Below are positions 9,543 to 18,833 of a DNA stretch of 64,000 nt, piece by piece (within the stretch, counting starts at the first letter, position 1; every line of letters starts with the position of its first letter). Source of the DNA: Opitutia bacterium (GTDB taxonomy: Bacteria; Verrucomicrobiota; Verrucomicrobiia; Opitutales; T3Sed10-336). The position numbers and the translations under genes were made by a program. The notes under the pieces were generated by a model. That model was not told the origin of the DNA. It searched no databases and worked only from the letters and a program-made list of their open reading frames with translations. The stretch covers positions 32,001 to 96,000 of the forward strand of contig JBJHCF010000002.1 in the NCBI GenBank assembly GCA_050506795.1, given 5' to 3'.

Positions 9543-11663
9543 ATGAATTTTGAACAGCCCAAGCCAGACTCCAAAAAGTATTCAGATCTCATTTCGAACA
9601 TCGAAAAAGGGATTATCAAGATCCCGAAATTCCAGCGCGAGTTCGTCTGGGGCATCGATAAGACAGCCAAGCTCCTGGACAGCATCTTGAAAGGCTATCC
9701 CATAGGCACTTTCATACTTTGGAAGACGGACGAGCGGATCAATGACATCAAGAATGTCGGCAATCTGGACATCCCCCCGACCCCGGACGGGACGAAGGTA
9801 GAATATGTCCTCGACGGCCAGCAGCGGATCACCTCCTTGTTCGCCGCCTATCGCGGGGCAAAGATCCAAAAGGTTGGCGAGAAGAAGGTGACGGACTACG
9901 GCGATATCGTAGTGAACATCGACGTCGAAATCAGCGATAGCGACGGCCAGGTGATTTCCGCAGAGCCAAATGGCCAGAAATCGGTCTCGTTGAATACAGT
10001 CCTGAACTTCAGCTTCGCCAAGGCCAAGGAGCTGGAATCGCAGTTTAGTGGCGACGAACTTCAGCTTATCGATTCCTATGCGACCGCGTTCCGCACGTAT
10101 GAATTCTCAACGGTCGTCCTGAGAAAAGAAGACATCGATTCTGCGATCGAAGTCTTCACCCGGATCAATACCGGAGGGCAGACCTTGACGCTGTTCGAAA
10201 TCATGTCTGCGAAAACCTACGATGAAGAGCAGAATTTCGACATGACAGTAAAGTGGGCTGACTTCATCAAAGACTTGAAGGACATCAAATACGAAGGGGT
10301 ATCCAGTTCAGTTGTACTGAGCCTTTTGTCCCTAGTCCTCAGCCGCACAAAGGAATGCAAACGCAAGACGATCCTGGCCCTGGAAAAACAAAACATCATC
10401 GATACATGGAGCGATGCCATCTCGGCGCTGAAGGACAGTATCGACTACTTTCGGACAACCTACCGGATTCCAGTCTCGCAGATTCTGCCATACGACGCAC
10501 TCCTGATCCCGTTCGCCTATTTTTTCTACTACAGGAAGGACAAGCCGAGCGGGGTGCAAAAGAAACTTCTTGAGGAGTTCTTTTGGCGGATGTCCCTCTC
10601 CTTCAGATATTCCAGCTCCACGGAATCCAAGCTGGCGCAGGACATCAAACGAATCGAAACGATCCTGGAGGAAAATCGTCCCGACTACTCTGACATCAAG
10701 GTCTATTTGGAATCGCCGCGAGCACTTGTGGAGACGAGCTTCAGCGCCGGGAACAGCTACTGCAAGGCCATCCTGTGCCTGTTGGCTTACCAGGAGCCCA
10801 AGGATTTCAGAGACAACGGTAAGGTGATTCTGGACAATTCCTGGCTCAAGATCGCAAACAGTAAGAACTACCATCACTTTTTTCCCAGAGCCTATCTCAA
10901 GGGGAAGGAGATTCCGAATGGAAACAGCTTGGTGAATATCACGTTTGTCAGTGACCATCTCAACAAACGCAAGATCGGCGCGAAAGCTCCCTCAGTCTAC
11001 ATCGGCGACTTCCACGACGACAACAGCGAAATCAACGTCGCACTAAGGTCTCATTTCATCGACCTCAATGGATTTGGAATCGAGAGTAATGACTACGCCA
11101 CATTTTTGGAGAAGAGATCCCGGCTGATCTATGACGCGCTGAAATCGCGGATCGAGCTGACCCATCAGGAATCCGTAAACGAGGAGTTGGAGCAGCTCAT
11201 AGTCGCGGGAGAAAGTGATCGGGTAGAATTCAAGTCGACTCTCCGCTACGATCTAAGAACCAAGGAAGTGAACAAGAAGCTGGAGTTCGTGATCGCAAAG
11301 ACTATCGCCGCTTTTCTGAATTCCGAAGGGGGAGACCTCCTGATCGGAATCGACGATGATTCAAATGCACTGGGTCTGGAGGACGACTTGAAAACGCTTG
11401 AGAAGCAGAATATCGACGGCTTCGAATTGCATCTGATCGGGATCATCAGGAAATATGTCGGCACCCAATATGGAGGCCACATCAAAATCTTATTCCCGCT
11501 CTACGACAGCCAGCAAATCTGTCGCATTCAGGTATCCCGAAGCGGCACTCCGGTTTTCACGTCATATGAAGGAAAGGACGAATTCTTCGTTCGCACTGGC
11601 TGCTCCTCCCAGCCCCTTAGCCGCGGGGAGCAAAGTATCTACGAGAAGGAACATTGGTCATAG
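9543..11663 (+). CDS. DUF262 + DUF1524-like HNH (GmrSD-like) protein with a C-terminal Schlafen/AlbA_2 domain
   Basis: IPKFQREFVW, LDGQQRITS, FTRINTGG (DUF262); YHHFFPR..NSLVN...LN (HNH); GESDRVEFKS, IAAFLNSEGGDLLIGIDD, FFVRTG (AlbA_2). Confidence 0.88.
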   Translation: MNFEQPKPDSKKYSDLISNIEKGIIKIPKFQREFVWGIDKTAKLLDSILKGYPIGTFILWKTDERINDIKNVGNLDIPPTPDGTKVEYVLDGQQRITSLFAAYRGAKIQKVGEKKVTDYGDIVVNIDVEISDSDGQVISAEPNGQKSVSLNTVLNFSFAKAKELESQFSGDELQLIDSYATAFRTYEFSTVVLRKEDIDSAIEVFTRINTGGQTLTLFEIMSAKTYDEEQNFDMTVKWADFIKDLKDIKYEGVSSSVVLSLLSLVLSRTKECKRKTILALEKQNIIDTWSDAISALKDSIDYFRTTYRIPVSQILPYDALLIPFAYFFYYRKDKPSGVQKKLLEEFFWRMSLSFRYSSSTESKLAQDIKRIETILEENRPDYSDIKVYLESPRALVETSFSAGNSYCKAILCLLAYQEPKDFRDNGKVILDNSWLKIANSKNYHHFFPRAYLKGKEIPNGNSLVNITFVSDHLNKRKIGAKAPSVYIGDFHDDNSEINVALRSHFIDLNGFGIESNDYATFLEKRSRLIYDALKSRIELTHQESVNEELEQLIVAGESDRVEFKSTLRYDLRTKEVNKKLEFVIAKTIAAFLNSEGGDLLIGIDDDSNALGLEDDLKTLEKQNIDGFELHLIGIIRKYVGTQYGGHIKILFPLYDSQQICRIQVSRSGTPVFTSYEGKDEFFVRTGCSSQPLSRGEQSIYEKEHWS

Positions 11664-11936
11664 GGAAGTGGTTCGACGAATTCGAGGTAGCGGAGATTGG
11701 GTCAGGCCAATATTTCATGATTGGGGAGGACAAACTGGAGTCGTCATCAGGCTCCAGTCAAGCTGCGAGCAGTCACCAGTCATGAAACGGGTAATATCAC
11801 CGCCCAGACTTGACGTCCTCCGCTTCCTTAAAAAGGCGTTGGTTGAGCGAATCGCAGTCATGGAACAATCTTTTCGCCCCTACCGTGAAAAACTGAAATT
11901 ATTTGCAAGTAAGGCCAAGTCTAAACCGAAGAAACT

Positions 11937-12812
11937 ATGCTTCTAAAGCTTCTTTATATCCTGCTTTGCTTTGTCCCAGTAATCATCTTTATCGCGTTAC
12001 TTTATCGCGACCGATTAAAGGCACGAACTACCAAGAGGTCACCTTTCACGCACGAGTTGCTCCGGCCTCCGGGGGAAAGTCTCCGGCTCAAAATCCAGGA
12101 AATGGATGAACGTCTTAACGGCCGGATTCTCGTGTTGGTGATAGTCCCAGTAGCATTCGCGTTCACGGGCTTCTCGAATCCTCAATGGCTTGGAAGTGGG
12201 TTAAGCGCCGTGATTGTCATCCCCCTCACCGCAGGCGTTCTCGCTGTAATGTTTGCGACCCTGGGACGCAAAGTGTGGAAACAAATTCAGGACATACACG
12301 ATTACGAACTTGGCTTCCAGGGTGAGCGGTATGTCGCCGAAGAGCTGAACCAATTACTCCGCCAGGGATTTCATGTGTTTCACGATATCCCTTTCGATAA
12401 ATTCAATATTGATCACGTCATTGTCGGAACGCTTGGAGTTTATGCCGTGGAAACCAAAACCCGGCGTAAATTCTCGGCTGCCGAGCGCGGGAAATCAGCC
12501 AACCGTATCCTATTTGACGGTAAGACGCTCACCTACCCTCACGGGAACGACAACCACGGCTTGGATCAGGCCAAACGCAATGCCGACTCCCTCGCCACAT
12601 GGCTGAGCAGCGCGACCGGTGACAAGGTTTCGGTTCATCCGATCTTGACCTTCCCGGGTTGGTGGGTGGAACGAACCGGGACCGGTACCGTGACGGTGGT
12701 CAACCCAAAGGAAATCCCAAAGGTCTTTCCAAAGACCATCCGAAAGCCCCTTGATGACAGCGAGATCCAGCGGATCGTCCACCAACTCGAACAAAAGTGC
12801 CGCACGCAGTAA
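11937..12812 (+). CDS. Membrane-anchored NERD (nuclease-related domain) protein
   Basis: Three N-terminal hydrophobic segments; G.QGE..V, FHDIP, NIDHVIVG, VETK NERD motifs. Confidence 0.85.
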   Translation: MLLKLLYILLCFVPVIIFIALLYRDRLKARTTKRSPFTHELLRPPGESLRLKIQEMDERLNGRILVLVIVPVAFAFTGFSNPQWLGSGLSAVIVIPLTAGVLAVMFATLGRKVWKQIQDIHDYELGFQGERYVAEELNQLLRQGFHVFHDIPFDKFNIDHVIVGTLGVYAVETKTRRKFSAAERGKSANRILFDGKTLTYPHGNDNHGLDQAKRNADSLATWLSSATGDKVSVHPILTFPGWWVERTGTGTVTVVNPKEIPKVFPKTIRKPLDDSEIQRIVHQLEQKCRTQ

Positions 12813-12914
12813 GGCTGACCGGAACCTCTTTACCTCAACCCATTACAGTGGGGAGAGCAGAAGGAATCAGGTTTCGGTTCTTGAGAACCCCTCCCCGCAT
12901 TGTTTCCCGGCGGT

Positions 12915-13222
12915 CGGAATGGCCGGTTTTGGATTCTCCCCGGCGGTCGTACCGAGCGCACAGCGCGACATGCCGCCAATGGCGGCGTTTGAATCGCCAC
13001 CGGGCTGCTCTTTCAGGTGCATGGCGACCGTTCCCCGGTCGATCTCGAATTCCCTGGAGATACGGCATCGCGACCAACCTCACTCGGCCAAAGTTCGTAT
13101 TGTTTTAATAGTAGCCATCTTCAGATGATTTGTCATGACCGGCTAAAAAATCCCGGTTTTGGTAAACCGGCAACTTCCTCGCCGTTTGACTCAAGGTGGC
13201 TGGTTTTAAGTGACCGCTGACA
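12915..13222. mobile_element. Degenerate IS21-family terminal region, no transposase
   Basis: GGTGGCTGGTTTTAAGTGACCGCTGACA at 13195-13222 ends in CA like IS21 ends; related TGGCCGGTTTTGG and TGGCGGCGTTTGAA boxes near 12920-13000. Confidence 0.5.
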
Positions 13223-13241
13223 CGGGAGTGTCATTCTCAAC

Positions 13242-13985
13242 TTACGAACTGGGATCAAACCAAATCGGGTCGGGCGTTAGAGTTGAATCGTTGATTGGGC
13301 AGTCAATCCCCGAATTGTCGACTAGCGAGGTCACACGGGATTTCAGGTCGGAGGCAGCACCTGGGTTCAACCTGATTTCGTCGATCAGGGGCAAACCCTC
13401 GAACCCAGCTCTTTTAAAGGTCGGCCAGTGATCTGGTGGTGCCTCACCTAGTTGCGCAAAGTCATCGCGAATCATAAGATCCACATCCTCGTGAATCATC
13501 CGCAACTCCGCCTCAGATGCGAATTCGGGTCTCTTACGTATTGGTAACTGCCAATGTCCACCGGGCGGAACAGGGTTAGGCCACGGATCGTATATTACTT
13601 CTGCGACGTAGGAGTTCGGGAAAAAGTCGGCGATCGTAGACAGCTTCCCGACCGTCGACCGGATCACCACACCCTCACGGATCACCACACCCTCAGTGAC
13701 TCCACCATAGCTCGGCCACATCAAGGAATCTTCCTGCGGAAAAACATGCCAGCATGAAGCGAAGGCAATATGACGCCAGGCCCAAGCATGTCGTTGGCTA
13801 GCAACTTCAGAGACGGTCGGAACCGATCCAGAAGCGGGAATGTAACCCTCATATTTGTCTGCGAACTGATCTAGCCGCGACAAGTGCAGTTCTTTAGTGG
13901 TGATGAGATCGCTCAAGCGTTTAAACGACATGTAACGCCACACCACCAAATCAGAATCGGGTTCGGGAATCGATTGATGCCTCAT
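13242..13985 (-). CDS. DUF2971-like protein
   Basis: WRYMS, F.DKYEG, ASCWH, MW..YG, GVVIRS, KR.EF..E.ELR motifs; contains an in-frame 18-bp duplication. Confidence 0.75.
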   Translation of the reverse strand: MRHQSIPEPDSDLVVWRYMSFKRLSDLITTKELHLSRLDQFADKYEGYIPASGSVPTVSEVASQRHAWAWRHIAFASCWHVFPQEDSLMWPSYGGVTEGVVIREGVVIRSTVGKLSTIADFFPNSYVAEVIYDPWPNPVPPGGHWQLPIRKRPEFASEAELRMIHEDVDLMIRDDFAQLGEAPPDHWPTFKRAGFEGLPLIDEIRLNPGAASDLKSRVTSLVDNSGIDCPINDSTLTPDPIWFDPSS

Positions 13986-14210
13986 TCGTACAAGTGATTC
14001 TTCTTCAGCGCACCTCGATAAACGAGTGTGTGGCGCTTCGGGGATCGAATGGATCAGTTCTCGATTCTTGACAAGCGTTCATCAGATCTTCCTCAGCACT
14101 TTCGTTCCCGCATTTCCTCCGTAAACAAGACACTTACTACCAACTCACCTTCACCCAGGAAAGCAAAAAACCACCCGCTCTCCTTACCCCTTATTGGGTA
14201 CGCCCTCCCT

Positions 14211-14339
14211 TCAACCGCCCTGCCGGATCCCTAAATACCGCCTCCCCTCCCCCTTCGTCCGTAACTGGAAGTAGTCCCGGTAAATCACCTGCAGCGAATT
14301 CCCTGCCTCCCGCGCCACCCGCACCTCATCCCCGGCCTG
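14211..14339 (-). pseudogene. C-terminal remnant of a tyrosine recombinase/integrase
   Basis: Translates QAGDEVRVAREAGNSLQVIYRDYFQLRTKGEGRRYLGIRQGG*, matching the VA.E.GNS..I...Y tail with the catalytic Tyr; no upstream RH box in frame. Confidence 0.65.
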
Positions 14340-14641
14340 ACATCCGCCATGTCCCCGACGGGGTCAAGGGGTTCCTCTTCGGTTCGACCCTTCATGGTCG
14401 ATCAAGTCCACCGGTTTCCTTGTTTTACGGCCATGGTCGCGCCCCAGGCTCCGGAAAAAACACCTAATTTGCCCGAGAACAATGAACTCCGACCCAGGGT
14501 TGGCCATTGCAATGCCTTTCCTTTTCGCTGGTAAGGCATTGCCCCGCCTTGACTTCAGGTGGTAGTCTCTTCATGTTTCGCTTCATGTTTGGTTTTCCTA
14601 CAGGGGACTTGCACTCCCTTTGCAACGCCCCCAAGCTGGGC

Positions 14642-14700
14642 GCACACAAGCCCAGCCAGCGGACCCGCTTCTGCGGGCCGCTGATGGGCGGCGTTATCAC
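14642..14700 (+). other. Degenerate integron attC-like site
   Basis: CACAAGCCCAGCCAGCGGACCCGC-TTCT-GCGGGCCGCTGATGGGCGGCGTTATCA: long imperfect hairpin with bulges ending in GTT; the AAC of R'' is mutated. Confidence 0.55.
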
Positions 14701-14726
14701 TCACTGACTCTTGCGGTCGTAACGGT

Positions 14727-14927
14727 ATGGCCAACGAAAACGACCACATAGTTATTCCGGAAACCGTCCAGCAGGTTTTGAAGACGTTTCTCGGGGCTAT
14801 ACGAGACGAGCCGGATATCCCGGAAGATGGGATAGCCCGATTGGAAACCCTCCTGCTCAAGGGCGAAACCCCAAAGCCTGAAGACATCAAAACGGCCCTG
14901 TTCGAGCCCTCAGAGGGGGAGACATGA
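14727..14927 (+). CDS. Small acidic helical protein translationally coupled to the downstream ATPase
   Basis: 66 aa; ATGA overlap with 14924; its 3' end carries the GAGGGGG RBS of the next gene. Confidence 0.75.
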   Translation: MANENDHIVIPETVQQVLKTFLGAIRDEPDIPEDGIARLETLLLKGETPKPEDIKTALFEPSEGET

Positions 14928-17395
14928 TTCGAGTCCAGACGCTCCAAATTCAGAATTTTCGCGGGGTGCGCGACCTGACCCTCAACCTCGATGGAAGAAA
15001 TTTTGGGATTTGCGGTCCCAACGGCACCGGCAAGAGCGGTGTTGTCGATGCAATCGAATTCTGTTTGACTGGCGATGTAACGCGTTTGTCAGGCCAAGGC
15101 ACTGCGGAGCTTTGTGTAAAGAACCATGCGCCCCACGTCGACCAGCGCACCCATCCTGGAAAGGCAAATGTCACCATCACCGGCGATATTCCTTCTCTCG
15201 GCAAAGTCGTAACTATTCACCGCTCGGTGAAGAATCCGAAGAAGGTGGAGATCAAACCGGCCGACCCGGCCATAAAGGCCGTTGTCACCCAACTGAAAGC
15301 CCATCCCGAATTCGCGCTCTCCCGCCGGGAGATCGTGAAATACATCATCACCCCGCCAGGTCAGCGCTCGATCGATGTCCAGACGCTATTGCGGCTGGAC
15401 CATATCGAGCGCCTGCGCAAGTCGTTCACAACCTTCAACAACAAACGCAAGGGCGAGGCGGATGAAGCGAAACGCAGTCGCATCAAAGCCGAGACGGACC
15501 TGAAAACCGCCCTGAAACTTGACAAGCTGGACTGCGGGTGTGTCCTCGAAAAGGTCAACGAGAAGCGGAAGATTCTCAGCCTGCCGGAACTGACCGAGCT
15601 GACCAAAAACACCTCCTTAAAGGCCGGCGTCGCTGTGCCTCAGGAAACGAACAAGAAACCGCCCCTTCGCAAGGCTGTCGCGCAGGCCGATCTCAATGCC
15701 CTTCAGACCGCGCTACAAGGCGGCGAACCGACCACGCTCGCTGACAGCCGTCAGGCGACCAAGGACGCTCTCGAAAAACTCCGGGACGATGATGAAGCCC
15801 TGACACTCGCTCGACGTCACGGCTTCATCAAGACCGGTCTTGATCTGATCACCGAAGACGCCTGCCCGCTATGCGATACACCGTGGAAGGCGGACAATCT
15901 ACGCGAGTACCTGCGCCAGAAAATTCTCAGCGCCGAAGAAACCGAAAAGCTTCTCGACACTCTTCGGACCGATATTAACGCCATTTTGGAAACCCTTGCC
16001 GAACGCATCCAGGCCGTTGCGCGCGTCATCCAGTACAGCAAGAGCCTGGAACCACCTGTGCCGAAAACCGAGACGGAAACCTACCTCAAAGAGTTGCAGG
16101 ACGCGGAAACCGCGCTCAAGGAATTTCTTGAAAATCACAGCCGGATTGCCCCCGCAATCACGGCTGTAACCAACTCGTGGTGGTCGCCGGCAGTGCCGCA
16201 GCGTGCACGGATCGATGAATGCCAGGCAGCGGTAAACGCCTTACCCGATACCTCGGCCGCCGACGAGGCGCACGACATACTCAGTGTCGCGCAGGACCGC
16301 TATGAGCGGCTGTTGGAGGCTACGCAGGCGGCAAGAAAGGGCGAGGAGCAGAGCGCTATCGCGCAAAAGGTGCTGGACCACTACAACACAAGCGCCACCG
16401 GAGTCTTGGAAGCGATTTACGACCAAGTCGCCACGGAATTTTCGACCTTCTACCGTGCCATCAATCGCGAGGACGAGGAAAAGTTTGTCGGCAAGTTGAC
16501 GTCCGAGCCGTCCAAGCTGTGCTTTGACGTAGATTTTTACGGCCGCGGCCTTTTTCCACCGGGTGCCTATCACAGCGAAGGTCATCAGGACGCCATGGGG
16601 CTGTGCCTTTACCTGGCTCTGATGAAACACACTCTCGGAGACAAGTTCACTTTTACAGTTCTCGACGATGTACTCATGTCGGTCGATACAGGCCACCGGC
16701 GGGAGGTTTGCCGACTTCTAAAGAAGGAATTTCCCAGCACCCAGTTTGTCCTTACCACCCATGATCGCGTTTGGCTCCGATACATGAAGACCGAAAACCT
16801 AATTTCTCGGAGCCAATCTTCCGGCGGGTGGACGGTCGATTCCGGTCCGCGCGTGTGGGATGACCACGACGTTTGGACAGAAATTCAAGGGGAACTGGTT
16901 AAGGAGAATGTCGCGCAAGCCGCCTGGCTCTTGCGCCGCTATCTCGAATATACAGCCTTCATCCTCGCCGATAACCTCCGTACCCGCATAGAGTTCCGGG
17001 GCGACGGCGTCTATGATCTGTCAGACCTTATGCCTCACGTTTTTAAGAGTTGGCGCAAATGGCTTGAAGACGGTGAGAAATCGGCGATAACGTGGAAACT
17101 CAATGAACAAAAAACCGCTCTTTCCGCAATGCGGGCCAAGGCTAAAGAGCTGGTTGCCAAAACGAATACGGAGCAGTGGGCCATCAACCCGTCCGTTCAT
17201 TTCAACGAATGGACCAATCTGCAGGCCCCTGAATTTCAGGAAGTGGTCGATGCCTTCAAAGCTCTTCTGGAATACCTCCGTTGCGAGAATCCGGCGTGTA
17301 ACTCATACCTCTATATCTCGCCGCGCAAGGGTCAACCTGAGGAACTGCGCTGCAATTGTGGAAAGATCTCAATTAACCTTAAACGTGCGCCCTAG
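14924..17395 (+). CDS. Rad50/RloC-like ABC ATPase with zinc hook, C-terminal HEPN-like domain and Zn ribbon
   Basis: GPNGTGKS, coiled coils around CPLC, HSEGH signature, VLDDV, TTHD; C-terminal RRYLE...INPSVH and CENPAC...CNCG. Confidence 0.8.
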   Translation: MIRVQTLQIQNFRGVRDLTLNLDGRNFGICGPNGTGKSGVVDAIEFCLTGDVTRLSGQGTAELCVKNHAPHVDQRTHPGKANVTITGDIPSLGKVVTIHRSVKNPKKVEIKPADPAIKAVVTQLKAHPEFALSRREIVKYIITPPGQRSIDVQTLLRLDHIERLRKSFTTFNNKRKGEADEAKRSRIKAETDLKTALKLDKLDCGCVLEKVNEKRKILSLPELTELTKNTSLKAGVAVPQETNKKPPLRKAVAQADLNALQTALQGGEPTTLADSRQATKDALEKLRDDDEALTLARRHGFIKTGLDLITEDACPLCDTPWKADNLREYLRQKILSAEETEKLLDTLRTDINAILETLAERIQAVARVIQYSKSLEPPVPKTETETYLKELQDAETALKEFLENHSRIAPAITAVTNSWWSPAVPQRARIDECQAAVNALPDTSAADEAHDILSVAQDRYERLLEATQAARKGEEQSAIAQKVLDHYNTSATGVLEAIYDQVATEFSTFYRAINREDEEKFVGKLTSEPSKLCFDVDFYGRGLFPPGAYHSEGHQDAMGLCLYLALMKHTLGDKFTFTVLDDVLMSVDTGHRREVCRLLKKEFPSTQFVLTTHDRVWLRYMKTENLISRSQSSGGWTVDSGPRVWDDHDVWTEIQGELVKENVAQAAWLLRRYLEYTAFILADNLRTRIEFRGDGVYDLSDLMPHVFKSWRKWLEDGEKSAITWKLNEQKTALSAMRAKAKELVAKTNTEQWAINPSVHFNEWTNLQAPEFQEVVDAFKALLEYLRCENPACNSYLYISPRKGQPEELRCNCGKISINLKRAP

Positions 17396-17663
17396 ATAGG
17401 AAAGGATGGCATATATATCCCACCTGGGGCAAACCAGACGTGTTTCAGTCTTCCCTTCCACGCCTGTCACCGTAGCGACCCTTTCCGGTTTCGACCTGTA
17501 AGCGCGGCACGCAATTCAATGGCTGATCTGATCCCTCTCAGCGGAACGACACCCTGTCCCGCCGTAGGCCACAGGGAGTAGGCGGATCGGTAGCTTCTGT
17601 ATGGTTCTTACTTTGAGACCTCCGGATTTTCACCTGACAAGAAGCGCATACCTTCGCTTGGCG

Positions 17664-17737
17664 CAACAACGTCAAACTGAGGAACGGAATGAAGCTCGGA
17701 GCGAGTAACGGAGTCGTCCTCCCTGACTCTTTCGATC
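17664..17737 (-). other. Degenerate attC-like site directly after the TIR gene stop
   Basis: Minus strand TCGAAAGAGTCAGGGAGGACG...CGTTCCTCAGTTTGACGTTGTTG: GTCA/TGAC and GAGGA/TCCTC arms with bulges and a terminal GTT; a second GTT core (GTTCCAC, 18850-18844) lies just 5' of the TIR ATG. Confidence 0.55.
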
Positions 17738-17738
17738 T

Positions 17739-18833
17739 TTATATTAACGGAGTTGCAGAAGTCCAATGACTCTCAAAGGAATCTACAAGCTCTCGGCCAA
17801 AATCCGCATTAGAGTTCAATACGCTAAACGGTGCCTTTGTCAGTTTCTTAGCTCTACCATTATGATCAAGAGTAACTGGCGAATATATCACGGCGTCATC
17901 TGCAATCATGCATGTCACCGTTCGCTGGATATTATAAAGCCTGATGTGTTCACTTGGATCCAATCCTGCACCTTTTAGGACTCTTTTTGCTTTGGATAGG
18001 CATTCTCCTATCTGCTCCCTGAGGTCATTATCCTGATGGGCACAGTCAATAACCCAATCTGGCGAATCTGGAGACAAAAAAAGCACTCTGAAGTCAAATC
18101 CACACTCTTTCTTCTTTTTCATTTCCTTGAAGAATTCCCAATGCTCTTTGTCGAACAGTTTTCGATTCTTTCTCCCAAAAATGAATAACCTTTCTGAGGC
18201 AATATCTGTTAGAGTTGTGTATAGTCCATGGCTTTCGAAACCGCTCTTGAAGTAAGCTTGGCTGCCCATAACCGGATTGGGCAGTCCATAAGCAGCAAAT
18301 GCCTTAATCACGCTTGCAACTTTTGATCTAGTTCCCGGAATTTCGATACTAGATATCTCCTGCACTTTGGCTTCCAGGGCTGGCCAATTTTTCTCAAACG
18401 CATCATGCAGAATTTCTTTTGGAATAGCTATTTCTCCAAGCTCAACATTTAATGCCTGCAAGAGCTTCAAAACATCTTCCTTTTCGAGTACGGTAGATTG
18501 AAACTGAGTCAATGGGCCGCTCACCTCACTCGGATACATTCCTAGCAACACAGGGCAGACTTTAGAGCTACCGAGGGCTTTGGACAATGCACCCGCCTCA
18601 AACAATAGCCATGATGCCTTGTAGTTCTCAGGTGTGACGCATATTATTCCAATATCGTGCTTCTGTAAGCTCTCGCCGATTTCCGAAGACCAACGCTTTC
18701 CTTTCTCGATGTCGTTAGATGACATCCATGGGTTCGACAATTGTATGACCTGCTGGAGCCACCGCGAAAGGTACTCAGCAAGAGCTTGGCTACGTTTGCC
18801 AGACCAGCTAAGGAATATGTTGATTTTGCTCAT
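17739..18833 (-). CDS. TIR-domain protein with C-terminal PLD-like/DUF5919-like domain
   Basis: IFLSWSG, DIEKG.RW, SWLLFEAGAL (catalytic Glu); C-terminal FRVLFLSPDS, IRLYN, MIADD, FESHW; AT-rich. Confidence 0.85.
   Translation of the reverse strand: MSKINIFLSWSGKRSQALAEYLSRWLQQVIQLSNPWMSSNDIEKGKRWSSEIGESLQKHDIGIICVTPENYKASWLLFEAGALSKALGSSKVCPVLLGMYPSEVSGPLTQFQSTVLEKEDVLKLLQALNVELGEIAIPKEILHDAFEKNWPALEAKVQEISSIEIPGTRSKVASVIKAFAAYGLPNPVMGSQAYFKSGFESHGLYTTLTDIASERLFIFGRKNRKLFDKEHWEFFKEMKKKKECGFDFRVLFLSPDSPDWVIDCAHQDNDLREQIGECLSKAKRVLKGAGLDPSEHIRLYNIQRTVTCMIADDAVIYSPVTLDHNGRAKKLTKAPFSVLNSNADFGRELVDSFESHWTSATPLI

Noticed and set aside
11455..11946. 163-aa ORF bridging the DUF262 and NERD genes
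   Set aside because: Overlaps both genes out of frame and has no motifs
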